DNA of 64,000 nt from Chitinophagaceae bacterium (lineage in GTDB: Bacteria > Bacteroidota > Bacteroidia > Chitinophagales > Chitinophagaceae): assembly GCA_041752235.1 (NCBI GenBank), contig JBGSHM010000002.1, positions 16,637 to 80,636 of the forward strand. The letters run 5' to 3'. A program made the translations under genes and the position numbers. Below are positions 56,224-64,000 of the stretch, piece after piece. Numbering within the stretch: the stretch's first letter is position 1; each line of letters begins with the position of its first letter. Under the pieces are notes generated by a model. It searched no databases. It had not been told where the DNA came from and was given only the letters and a program-made list of their open reading frames with translations.

Positions 56224-57771
56224 ATGCCTTTTCAGCATTTATTGGTTATTTACCTGATCGGCACTTTAATCGTCTTCCTGCCCTCCTTTGGTTTAGCCCG
56301 TCTCTTTCAAAAAGCCGGGGCGCCTGCCTGGAAAGCCTATATACCCTTTTACAATACCTGGGTTATGCAGGAAATCGCCCAACGTCCCAAGCATTGGGTC
56401 TTCTGGCAGTTCATTCCTGTTGCAGGTTGGTTTATCAGTATGGGGATCTTTATTGAGTTTGTCAAACTCTTTGGCAAATTTAGTTTTGGCCAACATACCA
56501 TGGCCTCCCTGTTGGCACCTATTTATTTTCCCGTTCTGGCGGCAGAAAAAAACCTGCGGTATTCCGGACCGGAAGCGGTAAAAAATTACAAAAAAGCAGG
56601 CTGGCGTGAATGGGTTGATGCGGCCATTTTTGCGATTGTGGCAGCCACCCTCATCCGACTTTTTGTTTTTGAAGCCTATACCATTCCAACGCCTTCCATG
56701 GAGAAATCGTTGCTGGTAAATGATTTTCTTTTTGTCAGCAAACTGAGCTATGGCCCGCGGGTACCAAATACACCATTATCGGTACCATTTATCCATAATT
56801 ACCTCCCGGCCTCCAAACGGAAATCCTATCTCGAGTGGATCAAAATACCATATATCCGCTGGTTTGCAGCGCCTGTAAAACGAGGTGATGCCGTGGTCTT
56901 CAACTTCCCGGCAGGGGATACCGTGATCAACCACAAAGATTTTCAATCCGCGAGACCTTATTATGAATTAAAACGATGGATGGTCAATGGAAGCCCGGAG
57001 CAAAAGTCATTTGCCCAAATGGTGTTTAATGACCCGGAAACTTTTCCCATAGCCGTGCATCCCGTGGATAAGACAGATAATTATATCAAACGTTGTGTAG
57101 GTATTCCGGGGGACACATTATCCATCAAAGATGGACTGGTCTATATCAACAGCCAAAAACAAGAACTGGCGCCTGATGCCCAAATGAACTATATCGTTAC
57201 GATCAAAGGCAATTCCTATCTGGATCCCGACATCATGAAAGAGGAATATAACCTCGATGCCGAGAAATATGATTATCGTCTCGTCAGCGCTCCCAATGTA
57301 TATCACATGCTGCTGACCGAAAAGGCCCGGCAGAAAATGACACAGGCGGGATTGATCCAGGATATAAAACTGGATTACTCCGGAGGAGATGAACCCACTT
57401 TTCCGTATGACACCCTGCATCATTTTTCACGGGATAATTTTGGCCCGATCTGGATTCCCAAAAAAAATGCGACCATTACCCTCACGCCTGAGAATTTTGC
57501 GGTCTATGAAAGGGTAATTGGACACTATGAACATAATGACGTTCGTCGTGAAGGGAATACATTTTATATCAATGGAAATGCCACCAATCAGTACACCTTT
57601 AAAATGGATTATTACTGGATGATGGGGGATAACCGCATGGGTTCGCAGGACAGCCGCTATTGGGGATTTGTTCCCGAAGACCATGTGGTAGGAAAGGCCT
57701 GGATGATCTGGTTCAGCTTTGAAAAGGGCAAGGGCCCCCGGTGGAACCGGTTCTTCAAAATGGTCAGATAG
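56224..57771 (+). CDS. lepB: Signal peptidase I with an N-terminal membrane extension
   Basis: S26 motifs PTPSMEKSL (Ser), YIKRCVGIPGD (Lys), GDNRMGSQDSRYWGFVP. They are preceded by about 130 aa with 3-4 TM segments (..WKAYIPFYNTW.. is DUF5684-like). Confidence 0.85.
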   Translation: MPFQHLLVIYLIGTLIVFLPSFGLARLFQKAGAPAWKAYIPFYNTWVMQEIAQRPKHWVFWQFIPVAGWFISMGIFIEFVKLFGKFSFGQHTMASLLAPIYFPVLAAEKNLRYSGPEAVKNYKKAGWREWVDAAIFAIVAATLIRLFVFEAYTIPTPSMEKSLLVNDFLFVSKLSYGPRVPNTPLSVPFIHNYLPASKRKSYLEWIKIPYIRWFAAPVKRGDAVVFNFPAGDTVINHKDFQSARPYYELKRWMVNGSPEQKSFAQMVFNDPETFPIAVHPVDKTDNYIKRCVGIPGDTLSIKDGLVYINSQKQELAPDAQMNYIVTIKGNSYLDPDIMKEEYNLDAEKYDYRLVSAPNVYHMLLTEKARQKMTQAGLIQDIKLDYSGGDEPTFPYDTLHHFSRDNFGPIWIPKKNATITLTPENFAVYERVIGHYEHNDVRREGNTFYINGNATNQYTFKMDYYWMMGDNRMGSQDSRYWGFVPEDHVVGKAWMIWFSFEKGKGPRWNRFFKMVR

Positions 57772-57800
57772 GGGATTTCTTCACCTAAAAACAGACCGGT

Positions 57801-58295
57801 ATGAAGCCTCGTCAATTGACAACGGAATACCAGGAATTTGCTTCTGCAGCAGAATTGGATCAGGCAGATCGTGACCTGCTTCAGCAAGCGCATCAAGCTA
57901 CCTCCGCTTCCTATGCCCCTTATTCACACTTTCATGTGGCAGCCGCAGCCAAATTGAATAACGGGAAGGTTTTAACCGGTACTAATCAGGAGAACGCTTC
58001 CTTTCCCGCGGGTATCTGCGCCGAGCGGGTATTACTCTCCGCCATCAGCTCCATCCACCCCGATGCCACCATCGAATCGATGGCCATTACCTACGACAAT
58101 GAACAGGGTTCCAGCGACCACCCCATTAGTCCTTGCGGTGTTTGCCGACAATCCCTCGCCGAATATGAATTAAGAAGTGGTAAGCCGATCCGGTTGATAC
58201 TGGGAGGAAAAACAGGAACCGTGATTGTATTGTCAAGTGCAATGGAGTTACTGCCAATGGCGTTTACAGGACAGGAGATTAAGAAAAAGAAATAA
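57801..58295 (+). CDS. cdd: Cytidine deaminase
   Basis: Zinc motifs CAERVLL and PCGVCRQ. Confidence 0.85.
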   Translation: MKPRQLTTEYQEFASAAELDQADRDLLQQAHQATSASYAPYSHFHVAAAAKLNNGKVLTGTNQENASFPAGICAERVLLSAISSIHPDATIESMAITYDNEQGSSDHPISPCGVCRQSLAEYELRSGKPIRLILGGKTGTVIVLSSAMELLPMAFTGQEIKKKK

Positions 58296-58372
58296 GGAAT
58301 AATAAATAATAAATAAGAAAGGGGATCACCTTCCTTATTCCTTTTTTATTATTCCTCATTCCTTATTTCTAG
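58288..58372. repeat. Family A heptamer palindrome, copy 2
   Basis: It has the same 22-nt left end AGAAATAAGGAATAATAAATAA and the same right end ATTCCTTATTTCT as copy 1. It lies between the convergent cdd and ogt stops. Confidence 0.85.
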
Positions 58373-58866
58373 AAAAGCGTTTGTATTCCGTATGTATACT
58401 TCGCCTCATGTTCAAGTAACCACTTCTTCCGCCATAGTCCGCCGGCATATCCAACCAAACTACGATTGGAGCCAATTACCCGGTGACAGGGAACAATGAT
58501 CGCGATCTGGTTTTTGCCATTGGCACTGGCAGCCGCACGAATGGCCTTTGCATCGCCCAATTGACGCGCCAACTGAAGATAGGAGATCGTTTTCCCATAG
58601 GGGATTGTCATCAATTGATTCCAGACATCCTGTTGAAAAGCAGTGCCCTCCTGTTTGATCGGAAGATCAAATTGCCGAAGGGCCCCATTGAAGTACTGGA
58701 TCAATTGTTCCACACAATGTACCATCACCTCCGGTAAATGACGGTGACGAGGTTCATGCACCTCCGTTTTATCATAAAAAGTGACTTCATGAATAAAGGT
58801 GCTATTGCCACTGATCTTTAACAGGCCAACAGGGGAGTGATAATATGTGGAAACTGATTCGTCCAT
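58369..58866 (-). CDS. ogt: Methylated-DNA--protein-cysteine methyltransferase
   Basis: Active site IVPCHRVIGSN. YGKTISY, LLEHE. Confidence 0.9.
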   Translation of the reverse strand: MDESVSTYYHSPVGLLKISGNSTFIHEVTFYDKTEVHEPRHRHLPEVMVHCVEQLIQYFNGALRQFDLPIKQEGTAFQQDVWNQLMTIPYGKTISYLQLARQLGDAKAIRAAASANGKNQIAIIVPCHRVIGSNRSLVGYAGGLWRKKWLLEHEAKYTYGIQTLF

Positions 58867-58875
58867 ATGGATCGC

Positions 58876-59742
58876 TTAATCCAGCAGATCCGAAAGCTCC
58901 TGGAGTTCGGTTTGTTTATACAGATCCTTTTCCGAACTGAAACATTTACCCATTTCGGTCAGCAGATACTGAATGATCATCCGGTTACTCATTGGTTTAA
59001 AATAAGCCGGTACGGGATGGACCGCCAATCGTTTGAAATAATTCTCGGTATCCTGATGGGTAAAGACCAGCCCGGAGGTCGGGTCAATGTAAAATTCGAT
59101 CTTTTCCCGGTGATCTTCGAGATTTTCATCTGAATAACCTGGTTTAAAATAAGCCAGGACAAATTGCTTGGGGAGACCGACCGCTTTGACTGGAAGGTCC
59201 AATAATTCACTTAATACCAGGTATAATATCCCATTGCTTAACTGGTTACCTCTTTTGGCCTCGATCGTTTTATGGATCAGGAATTCGTTAGGTTCCTGGT
59301 AATTGATCTCTGTCCCCTTAATTCCATAATAGCTGTATAAGATACTTGTCACGATCCGGATCTGCTCCAACGGGGTCAGGTAATTATTGAGCTCAAGCCA
59401 GATATTCCGGCGAATCTTTTCCACTTCAAGCAGGATAGGGGCGGTGGTAAGATCGGGGTATTGAAACTTGCTCACCAACATGGCACCCAGTAAGAGGTCG
59501 TGGTGCCCCGCAATATTCCATTGGCGAAAATCTTCCTTGAGGTCACGAAAATGGAGACGGTGAATAAGCAATTCGATCCGCTCCTGTATCCCTGAATCGG
59601 GTGTTGTCTCCCACAAGTGCTCCAGGTTGGGGATCACAGGCTTCCCATAATCAATGATCTTTTCCGATACCAGACCAAATACTTCCTCATCGGGATCATC
59701 GATCAAGGTAAATAAGGCGGATAGCTCGTTGTTGGGTTCCAT
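58876..59742 (-). CDS. Transglutaminase-like / SirB1-type family protein (tentative)
   Basis: 288-aa cytoplasmic ORF. The family call comes from the general resemblance of ..YLVLSELLDLPVKAVGLPKQFVLAY.. to UPF0162/SirB1 N-domains. Weak. Confidence 0.4.
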   Translation of the reverse strand: MEPNNELSALFTLIDDPDEEVFGLVSEKIIDYGKPVIPNLEHLWETTPDSGIQERIELLIHRLHFRDLKEDFRQWNIAGHHDLLLGAMLVSKFQYPDLTTAPILLEVEKIRRNIWLELNNYLTPLEQIRIVTSILYSYYGIKGTEINYQEPNEFLIHKTIEAKRGNQLSNGILYLVLSELLDLPVKAVGLPKQFVLAYFKPGYSDENLEDHREKIEFYIDPTSGLVFTHQDTENYFKRLAVHPVPAYFKPMSNRMIIQYLLTEMGKCFSSEKDLYKQTELQELSDLLD

Positions 59743-59881
59743 GCTTGTTAATTAATATAAAATTCATCCTTCATAACGAATAAATCTCCATATAATTTTC
59801 CCCAGTTGTGGATTGAGTTTCACCTACCCTTTATTTGTCCATTTCTTCCGCTAATTCCTTATTTTAGCCAAAACGTCTGCT

Positions 59882-61312
59882 ATGCCCACTAATTCCCGCC
59901 GCAAATTCCTGAAGAATTCCTCTCTGGCTGCCGCCGGTTTTTTTATCGTGCCACGCCATGTGTTGGGAAAAGGGTTTATCCCGCCCAGTGATAAGCTCAA
60001 TATTGCCGGTATCGGTGTAGGGGGTAAAGCGGAAGTGAACCTTCCCTATGCCTGGAACAATGGTGCGGAGAATATAACCGCCCTTTGTGACGTGGACGAA
60101 CGGCAGGCCGTAAATGGACGAAAGAAATGGCCCAATGCCCCTTTTTACCGCGATTACAGGGAAATGCTCGAAAAGGAGCATAAGAATATCGATGCGGTGA
60201 TCATCACCACACCCGACCATATGCATGCCGTACAGGCCATGGCGGCTATGCAATTGGGCAAACATGTTTATGTGGAGAAACCACTCACACACGATATTTA
60301 TGAGGCGCGTATGTTGACGCTCGCAGAAAAGAAATACAAGGTTGTAACGCAGATGGGAAACCAGGGCAGCAGCGGGGATGATACGCGCATGGTGGAAACA
60401 TGGATTCAGGCAGGAGTGATCGGTGATGTACATACCGTTCATGTGTGGACCAACCGCCCCACCTGGCCATCGGGCGTATCCATGCCCACCGGAAATTTTG
60501 AGGTACCCAAAGAGCTCTCCTGGGATCTTTGGCTGGGAACTGCTCCCGATAGAGCATATAACCCCGCTTATCATCCGGCTATCTGGAGAGGCTGGCAGGA
60601 CTTTGGCACTGGCTCCCTGGGCGACATGGGCTGCCATTTTATGGATGTACCTTACCGGGCGCTTAAACTCAAATATCCTACCTCGGTAGAATGTAGTGTT
60701 ACATCGGTTTACACCGGTTTCTTCCAGCAAAGCTTTTATGAAGGAAGTTTTCCTCCCTCTGCCAAGATACATATTCAGTTTCCGCGCCGGGATAAAATGG
60801 TGCCAGTGGAATTGATCTGGTATGATGGAGGAATCAAACCTCAACGTCCAAAAGAACTACTCCCCGATGAGAACTTTGCCGAGTGGGATGGAGGAATCCT
60901 ATTTGAAGGAACCAAAGGAAAAATAATGGCCGGTTTATTCGGACGCAATGCTACGCTACTGCCGACCAAATTGATGAAGACGGCGAAATTGCCAAAATCA
61001 AAATTCGCCTTTGTTGAAGGCGGTTCAGAAGGTCACCAGAACCAATGGGTAAAAGCCTGTAAGCAGGGCTATGGTGCCTATACCAGTTCACCATTCTCCC
61101 AATCAGGACCACTCACAGAAACCGTGTTGATGGGTAACCTCGCTGTATTGAGTTATAACCATTACGATACGGATACTAAAGGCAATAAGAAATTCGAAGG
61201 GCGCAAGCAATTGATGTGGGATGGAGAGAATATGAAGATCACCAACTTTGAAGCCGCGAATCAGTTTGTAAAGAGAAAGTATAGAGCAGGGTGGGGGGAT
61301 TTGGCAGTTTAA
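59882..61312 (+). CDS. TAT-exported Gfo/Idh/MocA family oxidoreductase (paralog of 42531..43943)
   Basis: MPTNSRRKFLKNSSLAAAGFFIVPRHVLGKGFIPPSDKLNIAGIGVGGK is near-identical in pattern to the N-terminus of the 42531..43943 product. Confidence 0.85.
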   Translation: MPTNSRRKFLKNSSLAAAGFFIVPRHVLGKGFIPPSDKLNIAGIGVGGKAEVNLPYAWNNGAENITALCDVDERQAVNGRKKWPNAPFYRDYREMLEKEHKNIDAVIITTPDHMHAVQAMAAMQLGKHVYVEKPLTHDIYEARMLTLAEKKYKVVTQMGNQGSSGDDTRMVETWIQAGVIGDVHTVHVWTNRPTWPSGVSMPTGNFEVPKELSWDLWLGTAPDRAYNPAYHPAIWRGWQDFGTGSLGDMGCHFMDVPYRALKLKYPTSVECSVTSVYTGFFQQSFYEGSFPPSAKIHIQFPRRDKMVPVELIWYDGGIKPQRPKELLPDENFAEWDGGILFEGTKGKIMAGLFGRNATLLPTKLMKTAKLPKSKFAFVEGGSEGHQNQWVKACKQGYGAYTSSPFSQSGPLTETVLMGNLAVLSYNHYDTDTKGNKKFEGRKQLMWDGENMKITNFEAANQFVKRKYRAGWGDLAV

Positions 61313-61320
61313 GGAAAAAT

Positions 61321-61382
61321 TTTACCGCCATGACACAAGGTCGCCAGGATATCTTTGTGCCCTGGCGCCTTTGCGGTAAATA
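61321..61382. repeat. REP-like palindromic element E1 (TTTACCGC ... GCGGTAAA)
   Basis: The core GTGCCCTGGCGCCTTTGCGGTAAA lies at 61357..61380, with a degenerate inverted copy at 61321..61348. It lies between convergent stops. Confidence 0.7.
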
Positions 61383-61384
61383 TT

Positions 61385-62533
61385 TCAATCAAGTTTAATC
61401 GTCATGAAATCCGCGCTTGACATGATGTTCCCCGAAAAATCAAACAACGCGCAATTCTCCCAGGAGGAACCGATTCCATATCCATCATTCATGGAAGAAC
61501 TGATCCAGGCAGGTTCCCAATATTGAACGCCTATTCCACCGCCTTTGTATACTGCAATTGCAAGGTCTTTCAGGTAACGGTATTGCTCCTCTTTGGAAAG
61601 TCCATATCCGGGAGCTGTATCTGTCGCGGAAAAAATATTTCCATAACTATCGCTTCCACCTGCAGCCCAGGGATAGGCTGTCTCAACGATCATCACTTGT
61701 TTTCCAAACCGGGTCTTAAGTGCCTTCAGGGTATCCGTGATCGCCTGCATACTGTTGACGGTTGCCCATTTACTATAATGGGAGAGGCCTACTATATCAA
61801 AATCGGTGACCCCTTTGGCTGTAATTCCTTGTAACCACCAATGGGCAGAATGGAGTTGTGCCTGATGAAGAATGATCTTTGGTTTGATTGTTGAGGTTAG
61901 CGAAAAATCACGTACGGCTTTGATTCCTGATTTCAATAACTCAGAAAAATTATCATAGTTACCGGCATCCACCTTACCAACCGGCCAACACATTCCTCCA
62001 TTCACTTCATTTCCCACTTGCACCATTTCAGGAGTCAGATTCTTTGATTTTAAATAATTGAGAACAGCCAGGGTATAATTGTAAAGGGAATCTTTTAATA
62101 GAGAAAGGTTGAGCCCCGCCCAGGCGGCTGGCGTTTCCTGATGACCCGGATCAGCCCAGGTGTCGGAATAATGAAAATCAAGGTTTACGGCCATTCCCAG
62201 ATCTTTAGCTCGTTTGATGGTCTTTTCTACATCATAGAGGTCATGGTAATAAGTTCCGGCATTGAGATTGGCTACCCACAGCGGGTTATGCCATATACGA
62301 ACGCGTACTGTATTAGCACCTTTGTCTTTGAGTATTTGAAAGGGATCCTTTTGTACGCCATTGACGCGGTATTGTCCGCCGTGTGCCTGAATATTATTGA
62401 CAAAGGAGAGGTCGACACCCATGCTGAATGCGTTCCAGTTGTGAAAAACGGGTGTTTCTACCGGATCGGTCTTCTTTTTGTCTTTGCAGTCGTACAGGCC
62501 CATAATAACAACGACAAACAGAAGTTTTTTCAT
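61385..62533 (-). CDS. Arabinogalactan endo-beta-1,4-galactanase (GH53)
   Basis: GVDLSFV, NTVRVRIWHNP, acid/base region VQVGNEVNGG, nucleophile region MIVETAYPW. Lipoprotein-like N-terminus. Confidence 0.9.
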   Translation of the reverse strand: MKKLLFVVVIMGLYDCKDKKKTDPVETPVFHNWNAFSMGVDLSFVNNIQAHGGQYRVNGVQKDPFQILKDKGANTVRVRIWHNPLWVANLNAGTYYHDLYDVEKTIKRAKDLGMAVNLDFHYSDTWADPGHQETPAAWAGLNLSLLKDSLYNYTLAVLNYLKSKNLTPEMVQVGNEVNGGMCWPVGKVDAGNYDNFSELLKSGIKAVRDFSLTSTIKPKIILHQAQLHSAHWWLQGITAKGVTDFDIVGLSHYSKWATVNSMQAITDTLKALKTRFGKQVMIVETAYPWAAGGSDSYGNIFSATDTAPGYGLSKEEQYRYLKDLAIAVYKGGGIGVQYWEPAWISSSMNDGYGIGSSWENCALFDFSGNIMSSADFMTIKLD

Positions 62534-62559
62534 GTTAATAGCGTTTCAAATGTCTATAA

Positions 62560-62643
62560 TCTTACCGCAAAGACGCGAAGGCGCTAAGTCTGGCTAGAAG
62601 TCACTTGGAGCTCCCTTGCGCCATCGTGCCCTGGCGGTAAATA
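62560..62643. repeat. REP-like palindromic element E2 (TTACCGC ... GCGGTAA)
   Basis: TTACCGCAAAGacgcgaaGGCGC at 62562..62584 and GTGCCCTGGCGGTAAATA at 62626..62643. Same core as E1, with a 7-nt insertion in one half and a 7-nt deletion in the other. Confidence 0.7.
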
Positions 62644-62647
62644 GCCT

Positions 62648-64000
62648 TTATTTTTTCTTCGCTGCCTTTTTCTTTACTGCAGCTTTTTTCCTGGGGGCAG
62701 GACTTTTCTTTGCTGCTTTCTTCGCTGCCACACGGCCACCCGATTTTTTGGCAAATGCCTTTGGATCCACCACCTCGATCATTTTCTTCACTTCGTCCAG
62801 GCTAACGGTAGCCAGATCATCTGCTGTATATTTTGTTTCATCCGCCTTCTTGGGCAATCGAATGATCTTCTTCCCAAATTTGATGATGGGGCCCCACCGG
62901 GCATTCTCCACCGATATCTTTTCCTCCGGCCAACGCTGAATAAACCGATTGGCTTCTTTCTCCACTTTTGCTTCGATCAATTCATCAATATCCGCTTTGG
63001 AGAGTTTTTCAAAATCATATCTCCGGGGTACATTGATAAACATATCATCCCATTTGATATACGGGCCAAAACGACCCTTTCCCTTGGTCACCGGCTTTTC
63101 ATTATAGAATGCTACAGGGGCATCTGCCTTTTGCTTTTCTGCAATCAACTCAACAGCCCTGTCGAGCGAAACCTCCAACGGATCTTCCCCTTTGGGAATG
63201 GAGATGAACTGATCGCCCAATCGCACATAGGGTCCAAACCGTCCAATATTCACCACGACCTCCTGTCCTTGATATTCTCCCAAGGTGCGGGGTAATTGAA
63301 AGAGTTCAAGCGCCTGGTCAAGTGTGATGGTTTCAATGCTTTGGTCCTTGCGTAAGGCGGCAAAACGGGGTTTCTCCTCCGCATCGGCTTCTCCGATCTG
63401 TACCATGGGCCCATATCGACCCATCCGGGCAACAATGCGTTTACCTGATTCAACATCGGTGCCTAATTCTCTTTCTCCTTTAACGCGTTCAGCCGTTTCA
63501 ATGGTCTTCTCTACATCCTTTTTAAAAGGATTATAGAAATCATTGATCATTTCACTCCACTTGATCTTTCCTTCGGCCACTTCATCAAACTCACTTTCGA
63601 TCCGGGCGGTGAAACTGTAATCCATGATATCATCGAAATACTGTTTCAAAAAGTCGGTTACTACCAAGCCGAGGTCGGTTGGGAATAGTTTTGATTTTTC
63701 AGCACCGGTATTCTCCTGATCCACCCGGGTCGTGATCTTGTCCTTTTTCAGGGATAACACCCTGAAATCTCTTTTCACCCCTTCCTTATCGCGTTTCTCT
63801 ACATATCCTCTTTTCAATATGGTTGAAATGGTAGGCGCGTAGGTGGAGGGTCGTCCGATACCCAACTCCTCGAGTTTTTTTACGAGTGAAGCTTCCGTAA
63901 AGCGTGGCGAAGGCCGGCTAAACCGCTCGGTAGCGGTCATCTCGCGAAGGGGAAGTTTTTGTCCAACGGTCAATGGTGGCAACATGCCTTCCTTTTCTTC
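62648..64000 (-). CDS. topA: DNA topoisomerase I, C-terminal part (gene continues beyond the window end)
   Basis: RFTEASLVKKLEELGIGRPSTYAPTISTI is the type IA core, followed by repeated C-terminal (zinc-ribbon-less) GRFGPY-type domains and a Lys-rich tail. The true start lies outside the window. Confidence 0.9.
   Translation of the reverse strand, partial: EEKEGMLPPLTVGQKLPLREMTATERFSRPSPRFTEASLVKKLEELGIGRPSTYAPTISTILKRGYVEKRDKEGVKRDFRVLSLKKDKITTRVDQENTGAEKSKLFPTDLGLVVTDFLKQYFDDIMDYSFTARIESEFDEVAEGKIKWSEMINDFYNPFKKDVEKTIETAERVKGERELGTDVESGKRIVARMGRYGPMVQIGEADAEEKPRFAALRKDQSIETITLDQALELFQLPRTLGEYQGQEVVVNIGRFGPYVRLGDQFISIPKGEDPLEVSLDRAVELIAEKQKADAPVAFYNEKPVTKGKGRFGPYIKWDDMFINVPRRYDFEKLSKADIDELIEAKVEKEANRFIQRWPEEKISVENARWGPIIKFGKKIIRLPKKADETKYTADDLATVSLDEVKKMIEVVDPKAFAKKSGGRVAAKKAAKKSPAPRKKAAVKKKAAKKK

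Noticed and set aside
59864-60844. 326-aa antisense ORF in the Gfo/Idh/MocA paralog, and the similar 202-aa one at 43332..43940
   Set aside because: Both paralogs show related antisense ORFs only because the sense sequences are homologous. The sense frames carry TAT leaders and the NAD-binding motif.
62616-62939. 107-aa Phe/Ala-rich ORF
   Set aside because: It is the antisense of the Lys/Ala tail of topA.
1-64000. tRNA, rRNA, tmRNA, transposase, integrase or prophage genes
   Set aside because: I scanned the intergenic regions longer than 100 nt by eye for T-loop (GGTTCGAATCC-like) and acceptor features and found none. No ORF shows DDE, tyrosine-recombinase or serine-recombinase motifs. An undetected small RNA cannot be excluded without covariance-model searches.

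Overview
This 64-kb window is a dense chromosomal stretch that reads as Bacteroidota, probably Chitinophagia- or Sphingobacteriia-like. The taxon call rests on T9SS type A and type B C-terminal sorting domains, TAnnTTTG -7 promoter boxes, the panC / short glgA-like / DUF4270 synteny, TAT-signal Gfo/Idh/MocA oxidoreductases and a long LepB. I call about 53 protein genes, most of them housekeeping: panB, panD, panC, ppk1 and ppx, metK, rpsO and pnp, prmA, plsY, dnaG, an EF-G paralog, thiolase, PDH E1-beta, lepB, cdd, ogt and topA. There is also a carbohydrate and periplasmic redox set: pullulanase, GH53 galactanase, mutarotase, a GMC oxidoreductase with its small subunit, and two TAT-Gfo/Idh/MocA paralogs. 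I found no rRNA, tRNA, CRISPR array, transposase or integrase. I could not identify a clear new multi-gene system of the defence type. Four things seem most worth a second look. (1) Several dispersed families of low-complexity intergenic elements are built from degenerate 7-8-nt tandem units (AATAAGG, TCACGTC, GAGGACG, GATTATT, AATCCnnn). They are often arranged as long palindromes that exactly fill the gap between stop codons, and copies differ by whole units. A separate REP-like palindrome pair brackets the GH53 gene. (2) A single in-frame TGA cuts a 977-aa CHASE3-PAS-histidine kinase at the conserved Gly of its first PAS domain. (3) That kinase heads a co-directional four-gene block: kinase, REC-PAS-HisKA_3 kinase, membrane-anchored Cys/His papain-like protein, secreted LRR protein. 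An AT-richer pair of T9SS/cell-surface genes follows it. (4) The EF-G paralog has Tyr in place of the catalytic His of the DxxGH motif. All homology calls come from motif recognition by eye. No database search was run.
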